From Clostridia bacterium (GTDB lineage: Bacteria; Bacillota; Clostridia; UBA1212; DUPL01), in contig JBMNIW010000005.1 of the NCBI GenBank assembly GCA_050951325.1, positions 128,001-192,000 on the forward strand: a DNA stretch of 64,000 nt, in the 5' to 3' direction. A program made the position numbers and the translations under genes. The stretch's first letter is position 1, and each line of letters begins with the position of its first letter. Below the pieces are notes generated by a model. The model did not search any database and was not told where the DNA came from. It saw only the letters and a program-made list of their open reading frames with translations. Shown here piece after piece: positions 41,782 through 51,957 of the stretch.

Positions 41782-42171
41782 ATGAATTTTTTTAAAAGGT
41801 TTATGCACGGCAGATATGGAATGGATCAGCTCTCGTTCACACTTTTGATTATTGCATTGATTATATTAATCATTTCAAGACTGCTTCTCCCTATACTTGG
41901 TTATTTCGCCCTTGCCATTGTTGTATACGCATATTACAGGTTTTTTTCAAAGGATATAAAAAAGAGGCAAGGCGAGAATATGAAGTTTTTAAGTGTTGCA
42001 AAGCCTATGCAGATGAAAATAAAAAACAAAAGGCTTTTGATTTTTGGAACCAAGACGCACAAGTATTACAAATGCCCAAAATGCAAACAAATGCTTAGGG
42101 TTCCAAAGAACAAGGGTTTGATACAGATTACATGCAGCAGATGCAAAAAGGAGTTTATTAAGAAAACCTGA
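41782..42171 (+). CDS. Conserved small membrane protein with C-terminal Zn-ribbon
   Basis: FM.GRYG.D.L, two TM segments, CPKC...LRVP...ITCSRC. Confidence 0.8.
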   Translation: MNFFKRFMHGRYGMDQLSFTLLIIALIILIISRLLLPILGYFALAIVVYAYYRFFSKDIKKRQGENMKFLSVAKPMQMKIKNKRLLIFGTKTHKYYKCPKCKQMLRVPKNKGLIQITCSRCKKEFIKKT

Positions 42172-42248
42172 TGAAATTTAGCTGTTTTTTAAGACGCTGT
42201 ATATTGACAAAAACAACTTCAACCTGTTATAATACATAACGTTGTCAC

Positions 42249-42335
42249 GCTGGTGTGGCGAAATAGGCAGACGCTATGGACTTAAAATCCATTGGTGGCA
42301 ACACCGTACCGGTTCGAGTCCGGTCACCAGTACCA
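42249..42335 (+). tRNA. tRNA-Leu(TAA)
   Basis: Anticodon TAA, long variable arm, CCA; promoter TTGACA-17 nt-TATAAT just upstream. Confidence 0.97.
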
Positions 42336-42399
42336 ATGAGCAGCGGGCTTTGTAACCGTTGCTTTTTTTATATATTCATGAATCGAGGACTTGATGTAG

Positions 42400-43266
42400 A
42401 TGAACAGACAGAAAAGAATTGTAGCAATACACGACATATCCTGTGCAGGACGCTGCTCGCTGACAGTAGCCCTCCCAATTATATCGAGCGTGGGCATAGA
42501 AACGAATATTATACCCACTGCGGTATTGTCAACCCAGACAGGTGATCTTGAAGGGTACACTTTCAAGGATCTTACAGATCAGATTATGCCCATAGCAAAT
42601 CATTGGAAGTCACTGGATAGAACTTTTGAGGCAATATATACTGGATATTTGGGTTCTTTTGAGCAAATTGACCTTGTTAAGCAGATTTTTTTGATGTTTG
42701 GAAATGAAGTTTGTTTGAAATTTGTGGATCCAGTAATGGCGGATCATGGAGTATTATATGACGGCTTTGATTTTGACTTTGTAAAAGGCATGAAGGACTT
42801 ATGCGGACAGGCGGATATTATAACTCCGAATATTACAGAAGCCGTATTCATGCTTGGTGAAGAATATATTGAAGGACCGTACACTGATGAATACATAAAC
42901 AGTCTGTTGCACAAACTCGGCAGCATATGTAAAAAGGTTATTGTAACAGGTATTGATTTTACTGATAACTGTTATGGTGCTGCATCATACAATGTAGAGG
43001 AAGGTGTGTTTCAGTACGCCAAGTCTGAGAAAGTTCATGGCAAGTTTCATGGAACAGGGGATGTTTTTGCATCATGCCTTATTGCCGCATTGCTCAGTGA
43101 TATTCCTATGTACGATTCAATGAAAATGGCTGTCGATTTTACTGTAGAAAGCATAAAGCGCACAAAGGAATCAAAATCCGATGTACGCTTTGGAATTAAT
43201 TTCGAAGCTGGTATTTTTGATTTTGTAAAAAGGATAAGAAACTTTAACCCAGGAAATCCCTTCTAA
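42400..43266 (+). CDS. pdxK: Pyridoxal/pyridoxamine kinase
   Basis: HDISCAGRCSL, YTGYLG, DPVMADHG, TPNITEA, HGTGDVF. Confidence 0.92.
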   Translation: MNRQKRIVAIHDISCAGRCSLTVALPIISSVGIETNIIPTAVLSTQTGDLEGYTFKDLTDQIMPIANHWKSLDRTFEAIYTGYLGSFEQIDLVKQIFLMFGNEVCLKFVDPVMADHGVLYDGFDFDFVKGMKDLCGQADIITPNITEAVFMLGEEYIEGPYTDEYINSLLHKLGSICKKVIVTGIDFTDNCYGAASYNVEEGVFQYAKSEKVHGKFHGTGDVFASCLIAALLSDIPMYDSMKMAVDFTVESIKRTKESKSDVRFGINFEAGIFDFVKRIRNFNPGNPF

Positions 43267-44506
43267 TACTTGCATATTCCGTTATTGCTATTATTCCTGC
43301 AGTGTTTTCCTCGCTCTTTCCAATGTTTGCAAGATAATTCTCATAGGAATAAAAACTGCTTGGATCATTCTTTATATAATCAGAAATTATGCTGTCAATT
43401 TCATTTACCCTGTTTTCAAAGTCTTGTAAAAAATTCTTGCAAATGTCTACATACTCCAGATACTTGTTGTAATATTCCTCAACACTTAGAATCTTGTATA
43501 CAAGTGGTCTTTCAGTTATATCCGCTCTATATACAGGACTGTCAACAGGAGTTGCAACAGAAACTCCATTATCCTTCTTTTGAGCACCGAAGGATAGATT
43601 GAAATCCCATGGCACCATGTATAATTTGTTGTTTACGTTATACAAATAATAGTTGGTGGCGGATGCACCTATATAGCTGTCATAGTTGCCCATTACAGTG
43701 TTTACAGCAATGTATTTGAGGACGCTGTCAACATGCATAATATTTTCAATGTCGCCTTTTTCTCCCAATGGCATGCTGTTGAGAGTATCTATCAAAAGTT
43801 GCAAATCTTCCTTGGTTTCATCACTGCCATTCTTTTGCTCCATAAGTGAAAGCGAGTTATGGTCAACCAATGTTGCCTGTTCATTTGACTTGTACAGATT
43901 ACCTTTGTTGTTGCCAAAGTTTCTTTTGAGGAAACTGTCGTCCACAGACTCAATTGCAACATAAAAGCCAACAAGATTATCGTTTATGGTAACTGTGGCG
44001 TAGGTAGCAAGGGGTGCTACCAGCTCTACCTTTTCAAAAGCCTCGCATAGTAAAAATTCCCTCATATAGGATGGGTCTCTAGACACATTTGACAGAACCA
44101 GTTCATCAAGACCATCTATGGTTTGACCTTTCACAAACTTGTCGAACTTCAGCCTGTAGCTGTATCTGTATGCGGACTCGTCACCACCGTCAAGATCCGT
44201 ATTACCCATGATCCTGATTCCGGTATTCTTGATTTCCTGATCATTGACTTTAACAGTCGCAGAGTAGTACTCATAACCATCGGGATAAGCATACATTTCC
44301 TCCAGGTATGCTGGATCTATAGTTATTGAAATCTCAAGAATATCGTTGTCCTTGAAGATATGTTTATAATCGTCTTTATTGCCTATATTGAGCCCGCTTT
44401 GTATGGTTGCGGATGGTTTTAAATCTCCGCCTCCATCGATGCCGCAGGCAGTAAGGGTTAGTACAATCAGGACAATCAACATTAATTGTATGTATTTTTT
44501 TAGCAT
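43244..44506 (-). CDS. CotH kinase family lipoprotein
   Basis: Lipobox LTAC; DPSYMRE, G.Y.AIE.VD, GNLYK, D.Y....NYYLY, PWDFNLSFG. Confidence 0.88.
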   Translation of the reverse strand: MLKKYIQLMLIVLIVLTLTACGIDGGGDLKPSATIQSGLNIGNKDDYKHIFKDNDILEISITIDPAYLEEMYAYPDGYEYYSATVKVNDQEIKNTGIRIMGNTDLDGGDESAYRYSYRLKFDKFVKGQTIDGLDELVLSNVSRDPSYMREFLLCEAFEKVELVAPLATYATVTINDNLVGFYVAIESVDDSFLKRNFGNNKGNLYKSNEQATLVDHNSLSLMEQKNGSDETKEDLQLLIDTLNSMPLGEKGDIENIMHVDSVLKYIAVNTVMGNYDSYIGASATNYYLYNVNNKLYMVPWDFNLSFGAQKKDNGVSVATPVDSPVYRADITERPLVYKILSVEEYYNKYLEYVDICKNFLQDFENRVNEIDSIISDYIKNDPSSFYSYENYLANIGKSEENTAGIIAITEYASIRRDFLG

Positions 44507-44632
44507 TCCATTTCCTCCAGTTTCGTAGGACTTTATTAATGTTATTCTAATTCATCAATAGTTCATTGTCAACATATATTGACTTTTGGGCTATAAATAA
44601 TATAATTAGGTAAACACCTATAGGAGGCAGAA

Positions 44633-45631
44633 ATGAACAAGTACAAGGATTGTTACAAACTCAAAGGTTTTGTTGACATACACATACACGGTGCGGTAGG
44701 ACAGGATGTGGTAACATCCGGGCCAAATGGTTTGCAAAAAATGGCCGAAAGTCTTGCCAGACATGGTGTTGTTGGGTTTTTGCCAACGATACCAGCCAGT
44801 TCTGTTGAAGAAACCATATTTTCTCTTGAGTCCATGAAAAAAGTAATGGAAGAAAAAAGTTTTAATGGAGCGAAAATTATTGGAGCTCACCTGGAAGGTC
44901 CCTTTATGAAAGAGGCGTACAAGGGAGCCCTTGATTATACAAAATTTGCATCTGCCAGTGTGGAGTACTGGGAGAAACTAGTAGGCGAGTACGAGAATAT
45001 CGTCAGAAGGGTAACGGTTGACCCATTGCAGGATGGAGTTCTGGATTTTATTCCGTATCTGGTGTCAAAAAGCATATCCGTTACGATAGGGCACACAGCA
45101 GCGGACGCAGAGACAGTAAACAAGGCTATTGAACTTGGAGCCGATAGTATTACCCATATTTTTAACGCAATGCCACCAATGCACCACAGAAATCCTGGAC
45201 CCGTGGGAGCTGCTCTTTCGAACAGGAAATGCAAATGCGAACTTATACTTGATTTTCTTCATGTATCGCCAATAGCAGCAAAGGTAGTTATTGAAGCAAA
45301 AGGACCTGAAAATGTGGCTATTGTTACTGATTCATGTGAGGCGGCAGGCATGCCAGATGGAGACTACGAACTGGGTGGCAGACTGGTTCATGTAAGGAAT
45401 GGAGAAGCAAGACTTCCCGAAGGCAATCTTGCCTCAAGTACTGTATTCATGGATCAGGAACTTAGAAATGTTATTGAACTTGGGTACAGTATTGAAAATG
45501 CTGAAACCATGCTTGCAAAAACACCTGCTTCACTTGTATCTTATGAGCATGATGAAGATTATGTAATAGTAGACAAGGATTTGAATGTAGTTGAAGTAAT
45601 TATAAGTGGGAAGACGGTTTATAGAGTATAG
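44633..45631 (+). CDS. nagA: N-acetylglucosamine-6-phosphate deacetylase
   Basis: GFVDIHIHG, HLEGPF, GH, THIFNAM, HHR.PG, VTD. Confidence 0.92.
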   Translation: MNKYKDCYKLKGFVDIHIHGAVGQDVVTSGPNGLQKMAESLARHGVVGFLPTIPASSVEETIFSLESMKKVMEEKSFNGAKIIGAHLEGPFMKEAYKGALDYTKFASASVEYWEKLVGEYENIVRRVTVDPLQDGVLDFIPYLVSKSISVTIGHTAADAETVNKAIELGADSITHIFNAMPPMHHRNPGPVGAALSNRKCKCELILDFLHVSPIAAKVVIEAKGPENVAIVTDSCEAAGMPDGDYELGGRLVHVRNGEARLPEGNLASSTVFMDQELRNVIELGYSIENAETMLAKTPASLVSYEHDEDYVIVDKDLNVVEVIISGKTVYRV

Positions 45632-46855
45632 ATGGGCAAAAAGAGAATTGCATTAATTACTGTTGCAATCTCGTTCAGTTATGCAGCGGGTTATGTAGCC
45701 AAGACTGTTTTGAGCGGGATAATGCCTTTAATTGTTGAAGTTGGTGTTTTTACTAAGAAAGATCTGGGTGCCATGGGTTCAGCATTCATGCTGGCCTATG
45801 GATTTGGACAGCTTGTTAATGGAATAATTGGCGATATACTTAATCCAAAGAGGTTGATAATGGCAGGTTTGATTGGGGGAGGACTTGTTACTTTCTTCTT
45901 CCCATATGTCCAATATGCCTCTTTGGCTATTTTTCTTTGGGGATTGTGCGGGTTTTTCTGTTCAACCTTGTGGGGTCCTTTGTCAAAGATTGTTGCAGAA
46001 AACATGGAAACAAGGATTGCAAGAATACTGATGCTTTTCCTGACAGCTGCAAGTATTACTGGTTCTATGCTTGCATACGTAGTATGTGCAGTAGTAAGCA
46101 ACTGGGAAACTGCTTTCTTTGTATCCGGCATTTATATGATTGCAACTTCTGTTCTATGGTATTTGATTATAACTTTATTGGAAAAGAGGAAACAGATATC
46201 ATATAAAACAAAAAGGGATAAGTTATTGGAAGGGCAAAAGGGTCTTGGTATAAACGCAAGGTATCTTGTCAATCATGCAATCATACCAGTAACTATTGCC
46301 ATTATGCTGAACAGCATAATCAGGAACGCTGCTTCCTTCTGGATTCCTACATACATCAAAGAAGCGTTCGAGGTAAAGGCTTCTTTTTCGTCGGCGATAA
46401 TAATTGTTTTGCCAATCGTAAATCTTGTTGGCACCATCATAAGCTACAAAATGCTGCCGCTTTTCAAAGACAATGAGCACACATTGAGTGCATGCCTTTT
46501 CGGTTTTTCCAGTATCATGTTTATTCTGATACTTCTATTAGGCAATGTTATGTCCATAGCAATAACTGCCATGTTTCTTGCAAGTGCAGCAATGAGCGGA
46601 GTGTGTAATCTCTTGTTTTCCGTATATGTGCTCAGGTTCTCAAAAACAGGGAGGACCTCAGGCATTGCAGGCTCATTGGATTTTGCCGCATACATGATGG
46701 CCTCCCTTGCAAATACCTTGATTGGTTTTTGGGTTGAAAAGTTTGGCTGGTCATTTGTTATACTAACCTGGTGTATAGCAACAGTTGCAGGCATTGCTGC
46801 TAGCGTTGTCTCACACAGGCTTGTTGCCAACAAAGACTTTAATATTCATCAATGA
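45632..46855 (+). CDS. MFS transporter (sugar-phosphate/OPA-like)
   Basis: About 12 TM segments, YG.GQL.NG.IGD motif; coupled to nagA. Confidence 0.88.
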   Translation: MGKKRIALITVAISFSYAAGYVAKTVLSGIMPLIVEVGVFTKKDLGAMGSAFMLAYGFGQLVNGIIGDILNPKRLIMAGLIGGGLVTFFFPYVQYASLAIFLWGLCGFFCSTLWGPLSKIVAENMETRIARILMLFLTAASITGSMLAYVVCAVVSNWETAFFVSGIYMIATSVLWYLIITLLEKRKQISYKTKRDKLLEGQKGLGINARYLVNHAIIPVTIAIMLNSIIRNAASFWIPTYIKEAFEVKASFSSAIIIVLPIVNLVGTIISYKMLPLFKDNEHTLSACLFGFSSIMFILILLLGNVMSIAITAMFLASAAMSGVCNLLFSVYVLRFSKTGRTSGIAGSLDFAAYMMASLANTLIGFWVEKFGWSFVILTWCIATVAGIAASVVSHRLVANKDFNIHQ

Positions 46856-47966
46856 TAAAACACTTTTCTTTTGGAAGAAGGTTATTCAGCCTGTCAAAAA
46901 TAGCCTTGTCATGTACTACTACATTGTTTTCTTCAAGTTGCTCGTCAAGAGTTTTGTAGCCGCATAGAACCTGGGCAAGACGTCCAGCCTCGATGGTGAT
47001 ATGTGGCTTTTCGTTAACAACCCTTCCATCCAGCTTGTATACACCGTTGTTTGTATCAACAATCCTGTCGACAACCTCTATGCATGAATCCTCATAATCT
47101 TTTGGTATGAAGGGAAATAAAGCTTTAAGGAATGCACTCATGTTGGCTACTCCCACAACACCTTGAAGTCTTGTCTTTGAGGTAGCTCCCTCGATATTGA
47201 CGACACTGTCTGTAGGTAGTTTTGCACGAACTTCCTTGCCCAATGTTGCCACTTTTTTCAGCATCTCTGTCAGGGACTCTGAACTGTCGTATGCAATTTC
47301 CTCTACGTAAATGTATTCGGGTAGTATATAGAATACACCGTAAGCTTTTACATTGCTACCTTTGTATAATATGGATACTTTAGAATCGTCTGCAGAGTAG
47401 TCGGCCATTTTGAGGGTGAAATCCGACATTGAACGGGCGACAATGCCTGAGTAGGGAAGCGACCATTTTGTGTAGCATGCAAACATATTCCCATATTCGC
47501 TTTTTATGTCCTTCAATGGAAATATTTTTGCTTCACTATCGTAATCCATTGCTTTGATGGTTACGATTTTCGTTTCCGTTACAGGATAGTGACCTTTCGA
47601 AAAAAAGGTTGGTGTATTTGCAGGTGTATGGGGAACAAGTGGAATACCAGCATCTCTGATTTGCTCCATATGGGCTTTGAACACCTTGCTCATAAATCCT
47701 TTTCCGCGATGTTTTTCGTATGTTGAGACTCCAGCAAGAATAGAGGCTTGCACAATTCTTCCTCTGATTCTCAAGTTAAAAGGATACCCCTGCATTGCAC
47801 TTGCTATTTCACCGTCTGCTTCAAGACATGTTGCAAATGCCCTGTTGTATCTGTTTTCATAAAACCATTCTACAAAGTTTGTGCTGTCATCTACAAATAC
47901 TTCGCTCCAAAGTTTCTTAATACCTTCTTTGTCTTGTTTATTAGCCATTCTTACATTTGTTGTCAT
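46839..47966 (-). CDS. Eis-like GNAT acetyltransferase
   Basis: GVST..KHRGKG acetyl-CoA motif, SCP2-like C-terminal region, C-terminal ..DEY. Confidence 0.85.
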   Translation of the reverse strand: MTTNVRMANKQDKEGIKKLWSEVFVDDSTNFVEWFYENRYNRAFATCLEADGEIASAMQGYPFNLRIRGRIVQASILAGVSTYEKHRGKGFMSKVFKAHMEQIRDAGIPLVPHTPANTPTFFSKGHYPVTETKIVTIKAMDYDSEAKIFPLKDIKSEYGNMFACYTKWSLPYSGIVARSMSDFTLKMADYSADDSKVSILYKGSNVKAYGVFYILPEYIYVEEIAYDSSESLTEMLKKVATLGKEVRAKLPTDSVVNIEGATSKTRLQGVVGVANMSAFLKALFPFIPKDYEDSCIEVVDRIVDTNNGVYKLDGRVVNEKPHITIEAGRLAQVLCGYKTLDEQLEENNVVVHDKAIFDRLNNLLPKEKCFIIDEY

Positions 47967-48107
47967 AAGTTATCTCCTCCAACCGTATTATATACTAAAA
48001 CATGTTTTCAAACAAATTCCATTAAAATGTTGTAAAACTATATTGAAAAAAATGTATAGAATGATATAATCTATTGTGACAAAACTAATAAATAATAAAT
48101 AAGGAGA

Positions 48108-49859
48108 ATGAAAGTGAACTTTATTGATCAACAGAAGGATTTTTACAGACCATGGGTCAAGTTCTACGGTAAAGATACACCGCCAAATCTGGAATACAGC
48201 GATAAAACAATGTTTGGAGTATTCTATGATACTGCAACGCAATATTCTGATTACAATGCTATAGACTATATGGAGAAAAAGATTACATATGGGGAATTGT
48301 TGGAAGAGGTTAAAAGATGCGCAGCCTCTTTGGCAAAGCTAGGCATAAAAAAAGGCGATAGAATAACTTTGTGTTTGCCCAATATACCACAAGCTGTCAT
48401 CTCCTTTTATGCAACATTGGCATTAGGTGCCGTGGCAAACATGATTCATCCATTATCTGCCAGCAATGAAATAGAGTATTTTATCAATGTAAGCAAGAGT
48501 AAAATGCTGTTTATTCTCGATGCCTTCTACGAAAAGACAAAAGACTTAAACTGTGAAACATTGCAGAAGGTTGTCACAGCCAGTGCAGCCGATTATCTAT
48601 CAGCAGTCAAAAAGGTAGGGTTTGCTCTGACACAGGGAAGAAAAATACCCAAGGTTGGAGCTAGTGAAAAGACCATGACCTGGGTTGGTCTTATGAAGTT
48701 GTCAGAAGGCGTTGAAACGCCAAAAATTGATGAGCATCCGGACAATAAATATAGTGATACGGCAGTAATACTCTACAGCGGAGGAACGACTGGTACACAA
48801 AAAGGAATAATGCTGTCACATTTGAATTTCAACGCTCTTGCGGCTCAGACCGTTGCTCACGGCGGACCCAGCTTCAAACCCGGAGACTCCATGCTGGCTG
48901 TATTGCCAATGTTCCATGGATTTGGTTTAGGTGTTTGCATTCACACCAGTGTTTACAAAGGCGCTACAATGATTCTGGTGCCAAGGTTCAATGCAGATTC
49001 ATTTGCAGAACTGATTGTTAAGAAAAAACCAACTTTTATGGCTGGTGTACCAACTCTTTACGAAGCCTTGCTCAGAAAAGACAGGTTGGCAAAAGCTGAC
49101 TTCTCAGAAACAAAGGGCATATTCTCAGGTGGTGACAAACTGCCCCACGACCTGAAGGTAAGGTTTGACGAGTTCCTGAAGGAAAAGAATGCAAAGGTAA
49201 CACTAAGAGAAGGTTATGGACTTACTGAATGTGTAACTGCTAGTGCCCTAAATCCAGAAGGAGCAGCATATAGGAAAGGAAGCATAGGCATTCCATATCC
49301 CGATACTTTGTACAAGATTGTTGAACCAGGTACAACTAATGATGTTCCTTACGGAACAGACGGTGAAATCTGCATACATGGACCAAGTGTAATGCAAGGA
49401 TATCTGGATGATCCTGAAGAAACTGCAACTGTTCTTAAGAAGCATCCCGATGGACGCATTTGGCTCCATACAGGTGACCTGGGATACATAGACGAAGATG
49501 GTTTTGTCTATTTCAAACTTAGAATAAAGAGGATGATTAAGACATCCGGATACTCGGTTTACCCAACCCAGATTGAAGAGATTCTGAATGCACATGAGGC
49601 GGTATCCATGTCCTGTGTGATTGGTGTTCCTGATGATTTGAAAATACAGACTATAAAGGCATTTATTGTGCTTAAGGAAGGATACGCACCAAGCGAGGAA
49701 ATGGAAAAGGAAATTATGAGGTATTGTGAGGAGAATATCGCAAAATACCAGATTCCTAGGATTATCGAGTTCAGGGATGATTTGCCGACAACCAAAGTAG
49801 GCAAGATTGCCTACAGGGTTCTTGAAGAAGAGCATTTAAACCTGGCGGCTAGTTCATAA
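48108..49859 (+). CDS. Long-chain fatty acid-CoA ligase (AMP-binding)
   Basis: YSGGTTGTQKG, EGYGLTE, WLHTGDLG, LPTTKVGK. Confidence 0.93.
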   Translation: MKVNFIDQQKDFYRPWVKFYGKDTPPNLEYSDKTMFGVFYDTATQYSDYNAIDYMEKKITYGELLEEVKRCAASLAKLGIKKGDRITLCLPNIPQAVISFYATLALGAVANMIHPLSASNEIEYFINVSKSKMLFILDAFYEKTKDLNCETLQKVVTASAADYLSAVKKVGFALTQGRKIPKVGASEKTMTWVGLMKLSEGVETPKIDEHPDNKYSDTAVILYSGGTTGTQKGIMLSHLNFNALAAQTVAHGGPSFKPGDSMLAVLPMFHGFGLGVCIHTSVYKGATMILVPRFNADSFAELIVKKKPTFMAGVPTLYEALLRKDRLAKADFSETKGIFSGGDKLPHDLKVRFDEFLKEKNAKVTLREGYGLTECVTASALNPEGAAYRKGSIGIPYPDTLYKIVEPGTTNDVPYGTDGEICIHGPSVMQGYLDDPEETATVLKKHPDGRIWLHTGDLGYIDEDGFVYFKLRIKRMIKTSGYSVYPTQIEEILNAHEAVSMSCVIGVPDDLKIQTIKAFIVLKEGYAPSEEMEKEIMRYCEENIAKYQIPRIIEFRDDLPTTKVGKIAYRVLEEEHLNLAASS

Positions 49860-50682
49860 GACCGTGAACTACTCTGTCTATATTGTTTAGATCTTTTACT
49901 GTGAAGATGTCTGAATAGGAGTGTATCTCCATTTCATTAGCTATATATTGTGCCTGATTTATTCCGGCTTCCAGGAGTAGGGAGCCGGATAAGTATTTTT
50001 TTGCCTGTGATATGATTTTCTTATATGCATCAAGACCATCAAGCCCACCATCAAGGGCAATTTCAGGTTCAAAGTCCTTTACCTGAGGTTCCAGCGTCCT
50101 AATTTCTTCTTTTGCAATATATGGCGGGTTGGAAAGAATATAATCGAATTTGATATCCGGCAAGCTGGAAAAGTAATCGCTTTGAATAAAAGTTATGTTT
50201 TCAACATTGTTCAATTTTGCATTTCTTTCAGCAACATGGAGTGCCTTTTCTGATATGTCTGTCGCATAAATATTCAGTTTCTTTTCTTTTTTAAAATCAT
50301 ATGCAAGACTTATAGCAATACAGCCGCTCCCAGTACACATATCAAGTATATTCAGTTTTTCTTTTTTACTATTTCGAACAAGCTCTCTTGCATGAATAAC
50401 AAGCGTTTCAGTGTCCTGACGGGGGATAAGCACATTGTTATCAACATAAAGTTTTACATTCATGAAGTATACATATCCTAGAATATACTGCAAAGGCTCA
50501 TTGTTTTTTCTTCTCCTTAACAGTTCTTCAAACTCATTAAGCATATTCAGGTCCACAACATGATCTGGATTTGCCAATAAAAAAACTTTTGACACATTTA
50601 AAACATGTGCCAAAAGTAAATCTGCTTCATATTGGTTTTTCAAAATATTAAATGCAAGCCTTCTTGCCTTATAAATTGTCAT
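49849..50682 (-). CDS. prmC: Release factor glutamine methyltransferase
   Basis: EPLQYILG, VLIPR.DTE, DMCTGSG, SNPPY, ALDGG.DGL. Confidence 0.96.
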   Translation of the reverse strand: MTIYKARRLAFNILKNQYEADLLLAHVLNVSKVFLLANPDHVVDLNMLNEFEELLRRRKNNEPLQYILGYVYFMNVKLYVDNNVLIPRQDTETLVIHARELVRNSKKEKLNILDMCTGSGCIAISLAYDFKKEKKLNIYATDISEKALHVAERNAKLNNVENITFIQSDYFSSLPDIKFDYILSNPPYIAKEEIRTLEPQVKDFEPEIALDGGLDGLDAYKKIISQAKKYLSGSLLLEAGINQAQYIANEMEIHSYSDIFTVKDLNNIDRVVHGLMN

Positions 50683-51692
50683 AGGACTAATTCCTCTCTT
50701 GGTGCCTGTTCAATTGTTTCTGGCTGACTTACATCGGGATTTCTCACTTCTTCGTCAATTTCAAGGGCTTTTATAAGAGCTATAATCGCAATCTCAATCA
50801 TGTCGTCAGTGGGTTCCTTGGTAGTGAAGTATTGCATTGCAAGGCCTGGAGCTCTAAGTACTCTTGCTACAATTCCATTGCTTCTTCCTGCAAAGCGGTT
50901 GAATTCATACGCAATACCTGCAACCAAAGGAAGGAAAAGTATTCTCATTAGCAGGTTAAGTATAAATAAATCAAATCTTGGAAGCAGTGAATACACAAGT
51001 ATGCTAATAATCATGACAACAAACAGGAAGGCGGTTCCGCATCTTGGATGCAGAGTAGTGTATTTCCTGACATTCTCTATTGTCAAAGGATCATTATGTT
51101 CGTAGCAGTGTATTGTTTTATGTTCTGCTCCATGGTACATGAAAACTCTTTTTATGTCATTCATTTTGGAAACCGCAATCAGATATCCCAGGAATATTGC
51201 TATTCTGATGACACCTTCAATAAGATTGTAAAGAATTCTGCTTTTTCCCTTTCCGATAATAAGGCCTGCAATAAGGTTTGGAAGCAAGAAAAACAATGTA
51301 ATCGTAAGGGCAAGAGAAAGAACCAGCGCAATGGCCATTATTACCTCTGTTGATTTGTCGCCAAGTTTTTTCTCAAGCCACAAGTCAAATTTTGACTTTT
51401 TTTCATTTTCATCTTCCAAACCTGCAATTTCAGCAGATTTGAACAAAGACTTCATTCCAATTCTTAGAGAGTCAATAAGTCTGTAGGAGCCGCGAATGAC
51501 AGGCAGTGTGAAAAACTTGTTTACATCAGTTGCTGGTAGTTTTTCAACTTCAGTAACAAGTTCTCCCTCCGGATTCCTTATAACTTGAGCATATCCATGT
51601 TCGCCGCGCATCATAATGCCTTCCATCAGCGCCTGTCCGCCGACCATGCATATCCTCATATTCTTATCATTATCTTTATCATTACTCATCAT
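50679..51692 (-). CDS. DUF1385 (YqhQ-like) membrane protein
   Basis: VGGQALMEGIMMRG, YHGAEHK, HPRCGT, TTKEP; usual neighbour of prmC. Confidence 0.92.
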   Translation of the reverse strand: MMSNDKDNDKNMRICMVGGQALMEGIMMRGEHGYAQVIRNPEGELVTEVEKLPATDVNKFFTLPVIRGSYRLIDSLRIGMKSLFKSAEIAGLEDENEKKSKFDLWLEKKLGDKSTEVIMAIALVLSLALTITLFFLLPNLIAGLIIGKGKSRILYNLIEGVIRIAIFLGYLIAVSKMNDIKRVFMYHGAEHKTIHCYEHNDPLTIENVRKYTTLHPRCGTAFLFVVMIISILVYSLLPRFDLFILNLLMRILFLPLVAGIAYEFNRFAGRSNGIVARVLRAPGLAMQYFTTKEPTDDMIEIAIIALIKALEIDEEVRNPDVSQPETIEQAPREELVL

Positions 51693-51705
51693 AAATTTTC
51701 TCCAT

Positions 51706-51909
51706 TCATTCATTCTTGGTCTGGTCATCACGAGGGATGATCTTCATTATTCTTTTCGCAGCCTTGTGTCTGCTTATCATAATCTGGTGGTTGCATTTCA
51801 CGCATTTAAGCCTGAAGTCCGCACCAGTCCTTAATACTTCCCATTCAGCCCCACCGCAGGGATGCGGTTTCTTAAAAACGATAATATCACCCAAATTAAT
51901 TTTCAACAC
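51706..51909 (-). CDS. DUF951 protein
   Basis: GDI..FKKPHPCG...WEVLRTGADFRLKC..C; GTG start after GGAGG. Confidence 0.9.
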   Translation of the reverse strand: MLKINLGDIIVFKKPHPCGGAEWEVLRTGADFRLKCVKCNHQIMISRHKAAKRIMKIIPRDDQTKNE

Positions 51910-51957
51910 ATAACCTCCAACAGTCATATTATCATCCTAATTGTACAATTAACAGTC

